The notes under the pieces are model-generated. The model was not told where the DNA came from and did not search any database. It worked only from the letters and a program-made list of their open reading frames with translations. 35,564 nucleotides of DNA from an uncultured Iamiaceae bacterium (GTDB taxonomy: Bacteria > Actinomycetota > Acidimicrobiia > Acidimicrobiales > DATDAH01): positions 1-35,564 of the forward strand of contig CAYTJS010000001.1 in NCBI GenBank assembly GCA_964438115.1, written 5' to 3'. Positions 25,262 through 32,992 of the stretch are shown here, in pieces. Both the position numbers and the translations under genes were made by a program. Position 1 is the stretch's first letter, and every line of letters starts with the position of its first letter.

Positions 25262-27508
25262 TCAGACCAGCGGCCGGAAGCGGCGCAGGCGGAGGCTGTT
25301 GGACACGACGAACACGCTGGACAGGGCCATGGCCCCACCGGCGATCAGGGGGTTGAGGAGGCCAGCGGCGGCCAGGGGGAGGGCGGCCACGTTGTAGGCG
25401 AACGCCCAGAACAGGTTTCCCTTGATCGTGCGGAGGGTGCGGCGGGACAGGCGGATGGCGTCCACGGCCACCAGGAGGTCGCCCCGCACGAGGGTCAGGT
25501 CGCTGGCCTCGATGGCCACGTCGGTCCCGGTGCCCATGGCCACCCCCAGGTCGGCGGCGGCCAGCGCCCCGGCGTCGTTCACGCCGTCGCCCACCATGGC
25601 CACGACCCGGCCCTCCTCCTGGAGGCTGGTGACCGCGGCCACCTTGTCGGCGGGGAGGACCTCGGCGACCACCCGGTCGACGCCGACCTCGGCGGCCACG
25701 GCCTCGGCGGCCGCGCGGTTGTCACCGGTCAGCAGCACGGGCTCGAGGCCGAGGTCCCGCAGGCGCCCGATGGCCTCGGCGCTGGAGGGCTTCACCGTGT
25801 CGGCCACGACGACGACGCCGTGGACCGCACCGTCCCAGGCCACCACGACCGCCGTCCGCCCGTTGGCCTCGGCCCGGAGCTGTTCGGCCCCGAGGTCGTC
25901 GGGGACGGCGAGGCCCCGGTCGGCGAGGAGACGGGCCCGGCCGACCACCACGGCCCGACCCTCGACGACGCCCTCGACGCCGAGCCCCTCGCGGTTGGCG
26001 AAGGACTCGACCGGGGGCAACGGACCCAGCCGCTCGCGAGCAGCGTCGGCCACGGCCCGGGCGATCGGGTGCTCGGAGGCGTCCTCCACCGCGCCGGCCC
26101 GGCGCAGGACCTCGTCGGGGTCGGTGCCCGCGGTGGCCGCCACCGCCACCAGCCCCATCCGGCCGGTGGTCACCGTCCCCGTCTTGTCGAGGACGATGGT
26201 GTCGACCTGGCGGGTGGACTCGAGGATCTCGGGGCCCTTGATGAGGATGCCCAGCTGGGCCCCCCGCCCCGTGCCGACCAGCAGGGCGGTCGGCGTGGCC
26301 AGACCCAGGGCGCAGGGGCAGGCGATGATCAGCACCGCCACGGCCGCCGTCACGGCGGTGGTGGGGTCCTCACCCCGCCCCAACCAGAACCCGAGGGTGG
26401 CCACCGACAGGGCGATGACCACCGGGACGAAGACGGCCGACACCCGATCGGCCAGGCGCTGCACCGGCGCCTTGCCCGACTGGGCCTCGGTCACCAGGCG
26501 GGCGATCTGGGCCAGCGCGGTGTCGCTCCCCACCCGGGTCGCCCGCACCACCAGGCGCCCCCCGGCGTTGACGGTGGCGCCGGCGACCGCGTCGCCCACC
26601 CCCACCTCGACGGGCACCGACTCGCCGGTGAGCAGCGACGCGTCGATGGCGGAGGTGCCCTCCTCGACGACCCCGTCGGTGGCGACCTTCTCGCCGGGAC
26701 GCACGACGAAGCGGTCGCCCACCACGAGCTGGTCGACCGGCACCCGCACCTCCGCGCCGTCCCGCAGCACGGCGACGTCCTTGGCCCCGAGGTCGAGCAA
26801 GGCCCGCAGGGCCGCCCCCGACCGCTTCTTGGCCCTCGCCTCGACGTACCGGCCGGCCAGGAGGAACACCGTCACGGCGGCGGCCACCTCGAGGTAGAGC
26901 TCGTGGGTTCCGGCTCCCCGCTCGACCGAGACCGAGAACGACATGGTCATCCCCGGCGCACCCGCCTCACCCCAGAAGAGGGCGTAGACCGACCAGCCGA
27001 AGGCGGCCAGCGTCCCGATCGAGACGAGGGTGTCCATGGTGGCGGCGCCGTGGCGCAGGTTGAGCCACGCCGCCCGGTGGAACGGCCAGGCCCCCCACAC
27101 CACGACGGGCCCGGCCAGGGCGAAGGCCAGCCACTGCCAGTTGGTGAACTGCAGGGCCGGCACCATCGACAGCACCAGCACGGGCAGGGCCAGGACCGCC
27201 GAGACCAGCAGGCGCTGGCGGAGGTCGGCCAGCTCGGGGTCTTCCTCGTCGGCCGCCCGGGCGCCGTCGACGCCAGCCTCGGTCGCGGTCACTGGCAGGC
27301 GGGCCGAGTAGCCGACGCCCTCGACCACAGCGACCAGGTCCTCGGGGCTGACCGAGCCGTCGGTGGTGACCACGGCGTGCTCGGTGGCGTAGTTGACCGA
27401 GGCCTCGACGCCGTCCAGGCGGTTCAGCTTCTTCTCGATGCGGGCGGCGCAGGAGGCACAGGTCATCCCCCCGATCTCGAGGTCGACGGTGGTGGGCGCG
27501 TCCATCAC
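25262..27508 (-). CDS. copA: Copper-exporting P1B-type ATPase
   Basis: It has an N-terminal HMA domain (GMTCASC), a TM6 CPC motif ([13 protein letters not shown]), DKTGT, SEHPIA and [10 protein letters not shown]. Confidence 0.93.
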   Translation of the reverse strand: MMDAPTTVDLEIGGMTCASCAARIEKKLNRLDGVEASVNYATEHAVVTTDGSVSPEDLVAVVEGVGYSARLPVTATEAGVDGARAADEEDPELADLRQRLLVSAVLALPVLVLSMVPALQFTNWQWLAFALAGPVVVWGAWPFHRAAWLNLRHGAATMDTLVSIGTLAAFGWSVYALFWGEAGAPGMTMSFSVSVERGAGTHELYLEVAAAVTVFLLAGRYVEARAKKRSGAALRALLDLGAKDVAVLRDGAEVRVPVDQLVVGDRFVVRPGEKVATDGVVEEGTSAIDASLLTGESVPVEVGVGDAVAGATVNAGGRLVVRATRVGSDTALAQIARLVTEAQSGKAPVQRLADRVSAVFVPVVIALSVATLGFWLGRGEDPTTAVTAAVAVLIIACPCALGLATPTALLVGTGRGAQLGILIKGPEILESTRQVDTIVLDKTGTVTTGRMGLVAVAATAGTDPDEVLRRAGAVEDASEHPIARAVADAARERLGPLPPVESFANREGLGVEGVVEGRAVVVGRARLLADRGLAVPDDLGAEQLRAEANGRTAVVVAWDGAVHGVVVVADTVKPSSAEAIGRLRDLGLEPVLLTGDNRAAAEAVAAEVGVDRVVAEVLPADKVAAVTSLQEEGRVVAMVGDGVNDAGALAAADLGVAMGTGTDVAIEASDLTLVRGDLLVAVDAIRLSRRTLRTIKGNLFWAFAYNVAALPLAAAGLLNPLIAGGAMALSSVFVVSNSLRLRRFRPLV

Positions 27509-27672
27509 CCCTCCCCGTGCTCGTGGTCGGCCATGGTGGTGGTCGGGCCGGCCGGCACGGTCGTCGGCGCCGGATCGGACCCGGTCGCCGAGCCGATGCC
27601 GTAGGCGGCGACGAAGACCACCAGCAGCACGCCGGCGAAGGCCAGCAGTCGCCGGGCCGCACCCCCGGTCAT
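27505..27672 (-). CDS. 55-aa membrane-anchored protein with a Met/His-rich C-terminus
   Basis: The protein is [57 protein letters not shown]3 is high. Its ATG overlaps the copZ stop (ATGA) and its stop overlaps the copA GTG (GTGA). Confidence 0.55.
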   Translation of the reverse strand: MTGGAARRLLAFAGVLLVVFVAAYGIGSATGSDPAPTTVPAGPTTTMADHEHGEG

Positions 27673-27881
27673 GTCCCGGCCAGCTCGTACCCGGCCTCGT
27701 CGACGGCGGCGGCGACCGCGGCCCGGTCGAGCGGGGCCTCGCTGGTGACCTCGACCCGGCCCGACGCCAGGTCGACGGCCACGTCGAGCACGCCGTCGAG
27801 GGCGGCCACCTCCTCGGTCACCGCCCGGACGCAGTGCGCACAGGTCATCCCGGTCACGACGTAGGTCTGCTGCTCGCTCAC
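27669..27881 (-). CDS. copZ: Copper chaperone CopZ (HMA domain)
   Basis: The protein reads [25 protein letters not shown]... from GTG 27881, with a GGAGGTG Shine-Dalgarno sequence at 27892..27886. The longer 105-aa track ORF runs into the upstream palindrome and operator. Confidence 0.85.
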   Translation of the reverse strand: MSEQQTYVVTGMTCAHCVRAVTEEVAALDGVLDVAVDLASGRVEVTSEAPLDRAAVAAAVDEAGYELAGT

Positions 27882-27902
27882 TCCCCACCTCCGATCCGAA
27901 TG

Positions 27903-27918
27903 ATACCCCCCTGGGGTA
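27903..27918. promoter_or_regulatory. CsoR-type operator (ATACCCCCCTGGGGTA) overlapping the cop promoter
   Basis: This is a GC-tract palindrome TACCCC-CCT-GGGGTA with AT-rich ends, 22 nt upstream of the copZ start. On the coding strand it runs into TATCAT (27905..27900), a good -10 hexamer. It matches the known CsoR operator style (ATACCC...GGGTAT). Confidence 0.6.
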
Positions 27919-27940
27919 CAGTCCAGTCCACCCCCTGAGT

Positions 27941-27991
27941 CGAAATTGCGTGAGTTGGTCCGCCCAGGAGTGACCAACTCACGCAATTTCG
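27941..27991. terminator. Perfect 20-bp-arm inverted repeat (11-nt loop); probable terminator or insulator between the ATPase-DUF445 operon and the cop operon
   Basis: The sequence is CGAAATTGCGTGAGTTGGTC-cgcccaggagt-GACCAACTCACGCAATTTCG. It lies 13 nt after the DUF445 stop and 22 nt before the CsoR box. The arms are about 50% GC in a window of about 70% GC. There is no U-tract. Confidence 0.55.
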
Positions 27992-28004
27992 GAGTGGGAC
28001 GGGG

Positions 28005-29279
28005 TCAGGCGAGGAGTTGGGTCACCGTGTGGAGGACGAGGCCGGCCAGGGCGCCGACGACCGTGCCGTTGATGCGGATGAACTGCAGGTCGGGGCCGAG
28101 CAGCAGCTCGAGGCGCGACGCCGTCTCCTCGGCGTCCCACCGCTCGATGGTCGCCTGCACCAGGGTGACGATCTCGCCCCGGAAGTGCTCGAGGACGTAG
28201 GTCACCGCCGAGGTGAGGGTGGCGTCGAGCCGGGCCGTCTCCTCGGGGTCCTCCAGTCGAGCCCCGGTGGACGCCACCACGGCGGCCAGCCGGGCCCGCA
28301 GGTCGGGGTCGGGCCGCTCCGCCTGGTCGACCAGCCGTCGGCGCAGCTCGCCCCACATCGACCCGACCCACTCGGCCACGTCGGTGCCGGCCAGCACCTC
28401 GGCCTTCAGCTCCTCGCCCCTCGCGAGCAGGTCGGGCGAGGTCTGGAGATCCTCGGCCAGCTGGGCCAGACGTTGGTCGAAGCGCTGCCGCAGGGCGTGG
28501 TCGTCGTCGTCGAGCATCGCCCCGGTCAGGGTTCGCACCCCGTCGACCAGACGCTCGAACAGCCGGTCCTCGGCGGCGCCGGGCAGCCACCACGGCGACG
28601 CCTCGCCGAGCTGGCGACGCAGGTCGCCCCGGTTGGCGTCGATGAAGACGTCGACCTCCCGGAGCACGGTCTCCAGCGCCTGTTGGTGGCGACCGTCGCG
28701 GATGGCGAAGGCCAGGGCCCGTCCCGCCAGCGGCGCCACCGGGGTGGCCGCGATGCGGGCCCGCACCGTGCCCGCCAGGGCCGTGCCCACCTGCTCCTCG
28801 TCGGCCAGGTGGGCCAGCCGGGCGCCGCCGGCCAGCAGCTCGGTGGCCACCCGGTCGGCGTTGGCCGGCTCCTGCAGCCAGGCGGCGAGCCGGGGCACCG
28901 CCCGCGAGGCGTGAAGCCGGTCCATCACGGCGTCGGGGGTGAGGAAGGTCTCCTGGATGAAGGTGCCGAGGGTCTCGGCGAACTGGTCCTTGCGGGCCAC
29001 GATCACCGCGGTGTGGGGGATGGGCACCCCCAAGGGGTGGCGGAACAGGGCCACCACGGCGAACCAGTCGGCCAGGCCGCCGACCATCGCCGCCTCGGCG
29101 GTGGCCTGGACATAGCCCGCCCAGGTGGCGTCACCGCCCCAGAGCGTCACGGCCAGGAACACGGTGGTCACCGCCGCCAGCAGGGCGGTGGCCCGCCGCT
29201 TCATGACCACCAGGCGCCGGGCCCGGGTCTCGGCACCGGTCACCGGTGGCAGGGCGGCGGTGGTCGTGGCCTCGGTCAT
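28005..29279 (-). CDS. DUF445 (YjiN-like) membrane protein
   Basis: It has the signature GGLADWFAVVALFRHPLGVPIPHTAVIVARK and a C-terminal TM segment (INGTVVGALAGLVLH). ATG 29279 overlaps the ATPase stop (ATGA). The rest of the 1109-aa track ORF is an out-of-frame reading of the ATPase gene. Confidence 0.8.
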   Translation of the reverse strand: MTEATTTAALPPVTGAETRARRLVVMKRRATALLAAVTTVFLAVTLWGGDATWAGYVQATAEAAMVGGLADWFAVVALFRHPLGVPIPHTAVIVARKDQFAETLGTFIQETFLTPDAVMDRLHASRAVPRLAAWLQEPANADRVATELLAGGARLAHLADEEQVGTALAGTVRARIAATPVAPLAGRALAFAIRDGRHQQALETVLREVDVFIDANRGDLRRQLGEASPWWLPGAAEDRLFERLVDGVRTLTGAMLDDDDHALRQRFDQRLAQLAEDLQTSPDLLARGEELKAEVLAGTDVAEWVGSMWGELRRRLVDQAERPDPDLRARLAAVVASTGARLEDPEETARLDATLTSAVTYVLEHFRGEIVTLVQATIERWDAEETASRLELLLGPDLQFIRINGTVVGALAGLVLHTVTQLLA

Positions 29280-31840
29280 CGGCGGGAACCCGCCAAGGCC
29301 CGGCGGCGACGCCACCACTTGTCGGCGGCGTCGGCAGTGAGGACGGCCGGCACCGAGGCCAGGGCCACCATCACGCCGAGCAGGGTCGGCCACGCCTGGT
29401 CGAGGGCCCCGGCCAGCGCCGGCACGAGCAGGCAGGCCAGCCCGATCGCCAGTTCCACGGCCACCGCGACCAGCAGCAGCCGGTTGCCCGTCAGCAAGGT
29501 CCAGGAGAACGGCCGACGCGAGCTGCGGCAGGCGATGGCGTTGGCCGACTGCGCCAGGATCACGGTGAGGAAGGCGGCACCCGACGCCGTGGCCAGCAGG
29601 GCCGTCGACGGCTCGGGCCCGCCGAACGCCCAGCCCCCGACCGCCAGGACGGCGATGAACCCGCCCATCTCGATCAGGGCCTCGGTGGGTCCGAGGACGC
29701 CGAAGGCCCGCCGCCCCACGGTCCGGTCGAAGAGTCGACCCCGCTCGGGAGGTCGGTCCAGGACCTGGTCGCGAGGGACCTCGGCCCCCAGGGCCACGGC
29801 CGAGAAGGTGTCGGTGCCGAGGTCGAGGGCCAGCACCTGCATCACCCCGAGGGCCAACGGGATCGACCGGCCCGAGAGGGCCCAGACGGCGAAGGGGGTC
29901 AGCTCGGCCACGTTGTCGGTCAGGTGGTAGGTGAGGAAGCGCCGGATGTTGGCGAAGGCGGCCCGGCCTTGGGCGATGGCGTCGACGATCGTCGAGAACC
30001 GATCGTCGAGCAGCACCAGGTCGGCGGCGTCGCGGGCCACGTCGGTGCCGACCCCACCCATGGCCACGCCGATGTCGGCCTTCTGGAGGGCGGGGCCGTC
30101 GTTGACCCCGTCGCCGGTCATGGCCACGACGTGGCCCCGCGCTTGCAGGGCCCCGGCGATGCGCAGCTTCTGTTCGGGGCTGACCCGGCTGAGGACGATG
30201 CCATCGTGGTCGACCAGCTCCCCCAGGGCGGCGTCGTCGTCGGGCAGCTCGGCTCCGGTCACCACCGGCGCACCCGGCCGCCACAGCCCGACCTCCTCGG
30301 CGATGGCCCGGGCCGTGGCCGGGTGGTCCCCGGTCACCATGGCCACGTGGACACCGGCCCGCCGGCAGTCGGCCAGGGCCTGGCAGGCGTCGGCCCGGGG
30401 TGGGTCCTCGAAGCCCAGGAGGGCGAGGAGGCGCAGGTCGCTCTCGGCCGCCTGGGCGTCGGCGGGAGGCGTCGGGCCGGTCGGGCGGGAGGCCACCGCG
30501 AGCACGCGCAGGCCCCGACCGGTCAACTCGTCGAGCGCCTCGGCCGCGCCCCTCACGGGGCCACAGCGGGGCAGGACGGCATCGGGGGCCCCCTTCACGA
30601 GCACCTGGCCATCGGCCACCACCGACATGCGTCGGCGCCTGGGGTCGAAGGGGAAGCGGCGGGTGACGGCGGGGGCGGGGGGGACCTCCAGGCGACGGGC
30701 GAGGACGTCGACGGCCGCCTCCATCGGGTCGCCCTGGGCCCGCCAGACCCCGTCGTCGAGCACGGCGTGGCCCGTCGAGCACGCCCGGCCCGCCCACGCC
30801 GCGTGCGTCAGGGCCAGGCGCGCCGACGGGTCGGCCTCGACGGCGGCTTCGGGCTCGTAGCCCTCGCCGTGCACCCGGGCCGACCCGTCGGGCGTCCAGG
30901 CCGCCACCACGGCCATCTGGTTGCGGGTGAGGGTGCCGGTCTTGTCGGTGCAGATGAAGGTGGTCGACCCCAGCGTCTCCACCGACTCGAGATGGCGGAC
31001 CAGGGCCTGGCGCTCGGCCATGCGCTGGGCGCCGATGGCCAGGGAGAGGGTGGTGGTGGGCAGCAGGCCCTCGGGCACCAGCGCCACCGTGATGCCGATG
31101 GCGAAGAGGAAGCCGTCGCTGGGCGGCTGGCCCAACACCAGCATGAGGGCGAAGAAGGCACCGCCCACGCTCACGGCGATCACCGCGATCAGGCGCACCA
31201 CCCGACGCAACTCGACGGTGAGCGGGCTGGGTGGGCGCTCGGCGGCCCGGGCCAGGGCGGCGATGCCCGCCAGCAGGGTGTCGGCTCCGGTGGCCACCAC
31301 CTCGGCCCGGCCTTCGCCCTCGACCACGAAGCAACCGGCGGGGACGGCGTCGCCCTCGTCGAGCGCGGCGGGGACGCTCTCACCGGTGAGGGTCGAGGTG
31401 TCGAGGGCCAGGGCGTGGGCCTCGGTGCAGGTGAGGTCGGCCGAGATGCGGTCACCCGCCCCGAGCACGACGAGGTCGCCGACCACGAGGTCCCGGACAT
31501 CGATGTCGACCTGGCGGCCGTCGCGCACGACGGTGGCCCGCCGGGGGATGAGGTCGCGCAGGCGCTCGGTGGTGTGGAGGGACCGGCGCTCCTGGGCGAA
31601 GGCGAAGATGCCGTTCAGCACCACGACGGCGGCGATGGCCACGCCCAGCTGGGGCAGATCGGCCACCACGGCCAGGGCCGCCGCCGCCCAGAGCATGAGG
31701 GCGAAGAAGTGGACGAACTGCCCGAGCAGCTGGCGCCACGCCGCCGGGGGCGGTGGGGCGGGCAGCTCGTTGGACCCGTCCCGGGCGAGGCGTTCCGCCG
31801 CCTCGCCGCTGGTCAGCCCCGCCGGTGCCACGCCCGCCAT
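29276..31840 (-). CDS. Cation-transporting P-type ATPase, P2-like (Ca2+/Mg2+/alkali-cation type)
   Basis: It has an N-terminal GLTSGEAAERLARDGSNEL, a TM4 PEGL motif, ICTDKTGTLT, MVTGDHPATA and MTGDGVNDGPALQKADIGVAMG. It has no CPC motif or HMA domain. Confidence 0.9.
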   Translation of the reverse strand: MAGVAPAGLTSGEAAERLARDGSNELPAPPPPAAWRQLLGQFVHFFALMLWAAAALAVVADLPQLGVAIAAVVVLNGIFAFAQERRSLHTTERLRDLIPRRATVVRDGRQVDIDVRDLVVGDLVVLGAGDRISADLTCTEAHALALDTSTLTGESVPAALDEGDAVPAGCFVVEGEGRAEVVATGADTLLAGIAALARAAERPPSPLTVELRRVVRLIAVIAVSVGGAFFALMLVLGQPPSDGFLFAIGITVALVPEGLLPTTTLSLAIGAQRMAERQALVRHLESVETLGSTTFICTDKTGTLTRNQMAVVAAWTPDGSARVHGEGYEPEAAVEADPSARLALTHAAWAGRACSTGHAVLDDGVWRAQGDPMEAAVDVLARRLEVPPAPAVTRRFPFDPRRRRMSVVADGQVLVKGAPDAVLPRCGPVRGAAEALDELTGRGLRVLAVASRPTGPTPPADAQAAESDLRLLALLGFEDPPRADACQALADCRRAGVHVAMVTGDHPATARAIAEEVGLWRPGAPVVTGAELPDDDAALGELVDHDGIVLSRVSPEQKLRIAGALQARGHVVAMTGDGVNDGPALQKADIGVAMGGVGTDVARDAADLVLLDDRFSTIVDAIAQGRAAFANIRRFLTYHLTDNVAELTPFAVWALSGRSIPLALGVMQVLALDLGTDTFSAVALGAEVPRDQVLDRPPERGRLFDRTVGRRAFGVLGPTEALIEMGGFIAVLAVGGWAFGGPEPSTALLATASGAAFLTVILAQSANAIACRSSRRPFSWTLLTGNRLLLVAVAVELAIGLACLLVPALAGALDQAWPTLLGVMVALASVPAVLTADAADKWWRRRRALAGSRR

Positions 31841-31860
31841 CGTGCCAGGGGCCGGGCCGG

Positions 31861-31866
31861 TACGGT
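31861..31866 (+). promoter_or_regulatory. Candidate -10 (TACGGT) for a leaderless SnoaL-like transcript
   Basis: A TANNNT hexamer ends 6 nt before ATG 31873. The divergent intergenic region is only 32 bp. Confidence 0.3.
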
Positions 31867-31872
31867 CACCCG

Positions 31873-32256
31873 ATGGCCGAGGGCATGGTCGCCGAGTTGC
31901 TCGCCGCCAACGGCGCGTTCTACGAGGCCCACGAGGCCCGGGACCTGGCGGCCATGACCGCGCTGTGGGAGCACAGCGATCGGGCCACCTGCATCCACCC
32001 TGGTTGGCCCATCCTGCGGGGCTGGCCCGAGGTCGAGGCGTCGTGGGCCCGGATCTTCGACGGACCCGGTCGCTTGCAGTTCATCGTGACCAACGAGGCC
32101 GTCACCGCCGAGGGCGATCTGGCCTGGGTCACCCTCGACGAGAACCTGGTGACCGACGGCGCCACGGGCACCGTGGCCGCGACCAACCTGTGGGCCCGTA
32201 CCGCGGCCGGGTGGCGCCTGGTGCTCCACCACGGCTCGCCGGTGGCGGGCCGCTAG
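31873..32256 (+). CDS. SnoaL-like / NTF2-fold (DUF4440-type) protein
   Basis: 127 aa from ATG 31873. The sequence NGAFYEAHEARDLAAMTALWEHSDRATCIHPGWP...NLWARTAAGWRLVLHHGSP is the typical pattern of this family. Confidence 0.75.
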   Translation: MAEGMVAELLAANGAFYEAHEARDLAAMTALWEHSDRATCIHPGWPILRGWPEVEASWARIFDGPGRLQFIVTNEAVTAEGDLAWVTLDENLVTDGATGTVAATNLWARTAAGWRLVLHHGSPVAGR

Positions 32257-32265
32257 CGCGAGCGG

Positions 32266-32442
32266 TCAGCCCTTCCGGGACCAGGGCCACGTCCGGCCCC
32301 CGCCGCTGCGGGCGGCCCGGGACGACCCCTGGCACTGGCACCGGTCCGAGGGCGCCACGTCGCCGAGCACCTGCTCGACGTGGGCGCCGCACCCGGCGTA
32401 GGAGGGACGCTGGCACTGGCTGCACGTGATCCTTCTGCACAT
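32266..32442 (-). CDS. 58-aa cysteine-rich protein (six Cys), unknown function
   Basis: The protein is MCRRITCSQCQRPSYAGCGAHVEQVLGDVAPSDRCQCQGSSRAARSGGGRTWPWSRKG. The Cys pattern is C-x4-C-x2-C-x8-C-x16-C-x-C. About 56 of 58 codons end in G or C. ATG 32442 lies inside a CsoR-type palindrome. An alternative TTG start at 32478 would add 12 aa. Confidence 0.5.
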   Translation of the reverse strand: MCRRITCSQCQRPSYAGCGAHVEQVLGDVAPSDRCQCQGSSRAARSGGGRTWPWSRKG

Positions 32443-32456
32443 ACCCCCCAGGGTAT
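32441..32456. promoter_or_regulatory. Second CsoR-type operator (ATACCCCCCAGGGTAT)
   Basis: This is a palindrome ATACCC-CCCA-GGGTAT. It shares the 9-mer ATACCCCCC with the cop operator. It overlaps the start codon of the Cys-rich ORF. Confidence 0.5.
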
Positions 32457-32478
32457 ATCGGAGGGAACCTCGACGCAA

Positions 32479-32492
32479 ACCCCGGGGGGTAT
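32479..32492. promoter_or_regulatory. Third, degenerate CsoR-type box (reverse strand ATACCCCCCGGGGT)
   Basis: The same ATACCCCCC 9-mer is present on the minus strand, and the right half is GGGGT. It lies 38 bp centre to centre upstream of box 2 and touches the VOC gene stop codon. A TTGCGT (-35-like) hexamer follows it on the minus strand. Confidence 0.35.
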
Positions 32493-32953
32493 CAGCCGAG
32501 GTCGGGCGTGCCCTCCATCAGCTCGATGCGCACCCCGTCGGGGTCGGTGAGGTAGAGCAGGCGCACCGGCGGGCCCCCGAAGGGGCTCTCGAGCTCGGAA
32601 CGGGTGGCGGCGTGGACCGCCCCGCCCCAGGCCTCGGCCGCCGCCTGGTGCTCGTCGACGTCCTCCACCCGGAAGCAGAGGTGGGTGAGCCCGAAGCGGG
32701 TCATCGGTCGTCGCTCGCGGTCCCCCTCCGCCGTCGGCTCGATCCAGTGCAGCAGCTCGACGCGCACGTCGTCGCGGCGCAGCATGCGGGACTCGAAGGC
32801 GATGTCGCCGTCGACCTCCATGGTCGCCCCCACCTCGGCGCCCATCTCGGTGGTGAACAGCTCGGTGAAGCCGAGCACCTCCCGGTAGAAGCTGGTCGAG
32901 CGCTCGAGGTCGGAGCAGCAGACACCCACGTGCGAGAACCCCTGGATGGCCAT
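32492..32953 (-). CDS. VOC-family (glyoxalase/bleomycin-resistance/dioxygenase) protein
   Basis: 153 aa from ATG 32953. The sequence MAIQGFSHVGVCCSDLERSTSFYREVLGF...GLTHLCFRVEDVD...LTDPDGVRIELME fits the family. The upstream part of the 271-aa ORF is an antisense reading of the DUF35 gene. Confidence 0.85.
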   Translation of the reverse strand: MAIQGFSHVGVCCSDLERSTSFYREVLGFTELFTTEMGAEVGATMEVDGDIAFESRMLRRDDVRVELLHWIEPTAEGDRERRPMTRFGLTHLCFRVEDVDEHQAAAEAWGGAVHAATRSELESPFGGPPVRLLYLTDPDGVRIELMEGTPDLG

Positions 32954-32992
32954 CGGGCGAGCGTACGTCGGCCGACGTGCCAGGATCGCCGG

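Noticed and set aside
27937-27995. GAGT on both sides of the 51-nt palindrome, which could be read as a target-site duplication of a miniature inverted-repeat element.
   Set aside because: A 4-nt match is weak evidence. GAGT also occurs inside the arm and the loop. No transposase is present, and no second copy is visible in the window. I kept it only as a note under the hairpin finding.
27669-28200. Two ORFs on opposite strands with mirror-image N-termini (MRELVTPGRTNSRNF and MRELVRPGVTNSRNF).
   Set aside because: This is an artefact of translating the two arms of the perfect inverted repeat at 27941..27991. CopZ starts at GTG 27881 with its own Shine-Dalgarno sequence, and the plus-strand ORF is antisense to the DUF445 gene.
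28005-31334. A 1109-aa ORF that appears to fuse the DUF445 protein to a large N-terminal domain.
   Set aside because: The first 685 codons are an out-of-frame reading of the P-type ATPase gene (Arg/Pro/Gly junk). The DUF445 protein starts at ATG 29279, which overlaps the ATPase stop.
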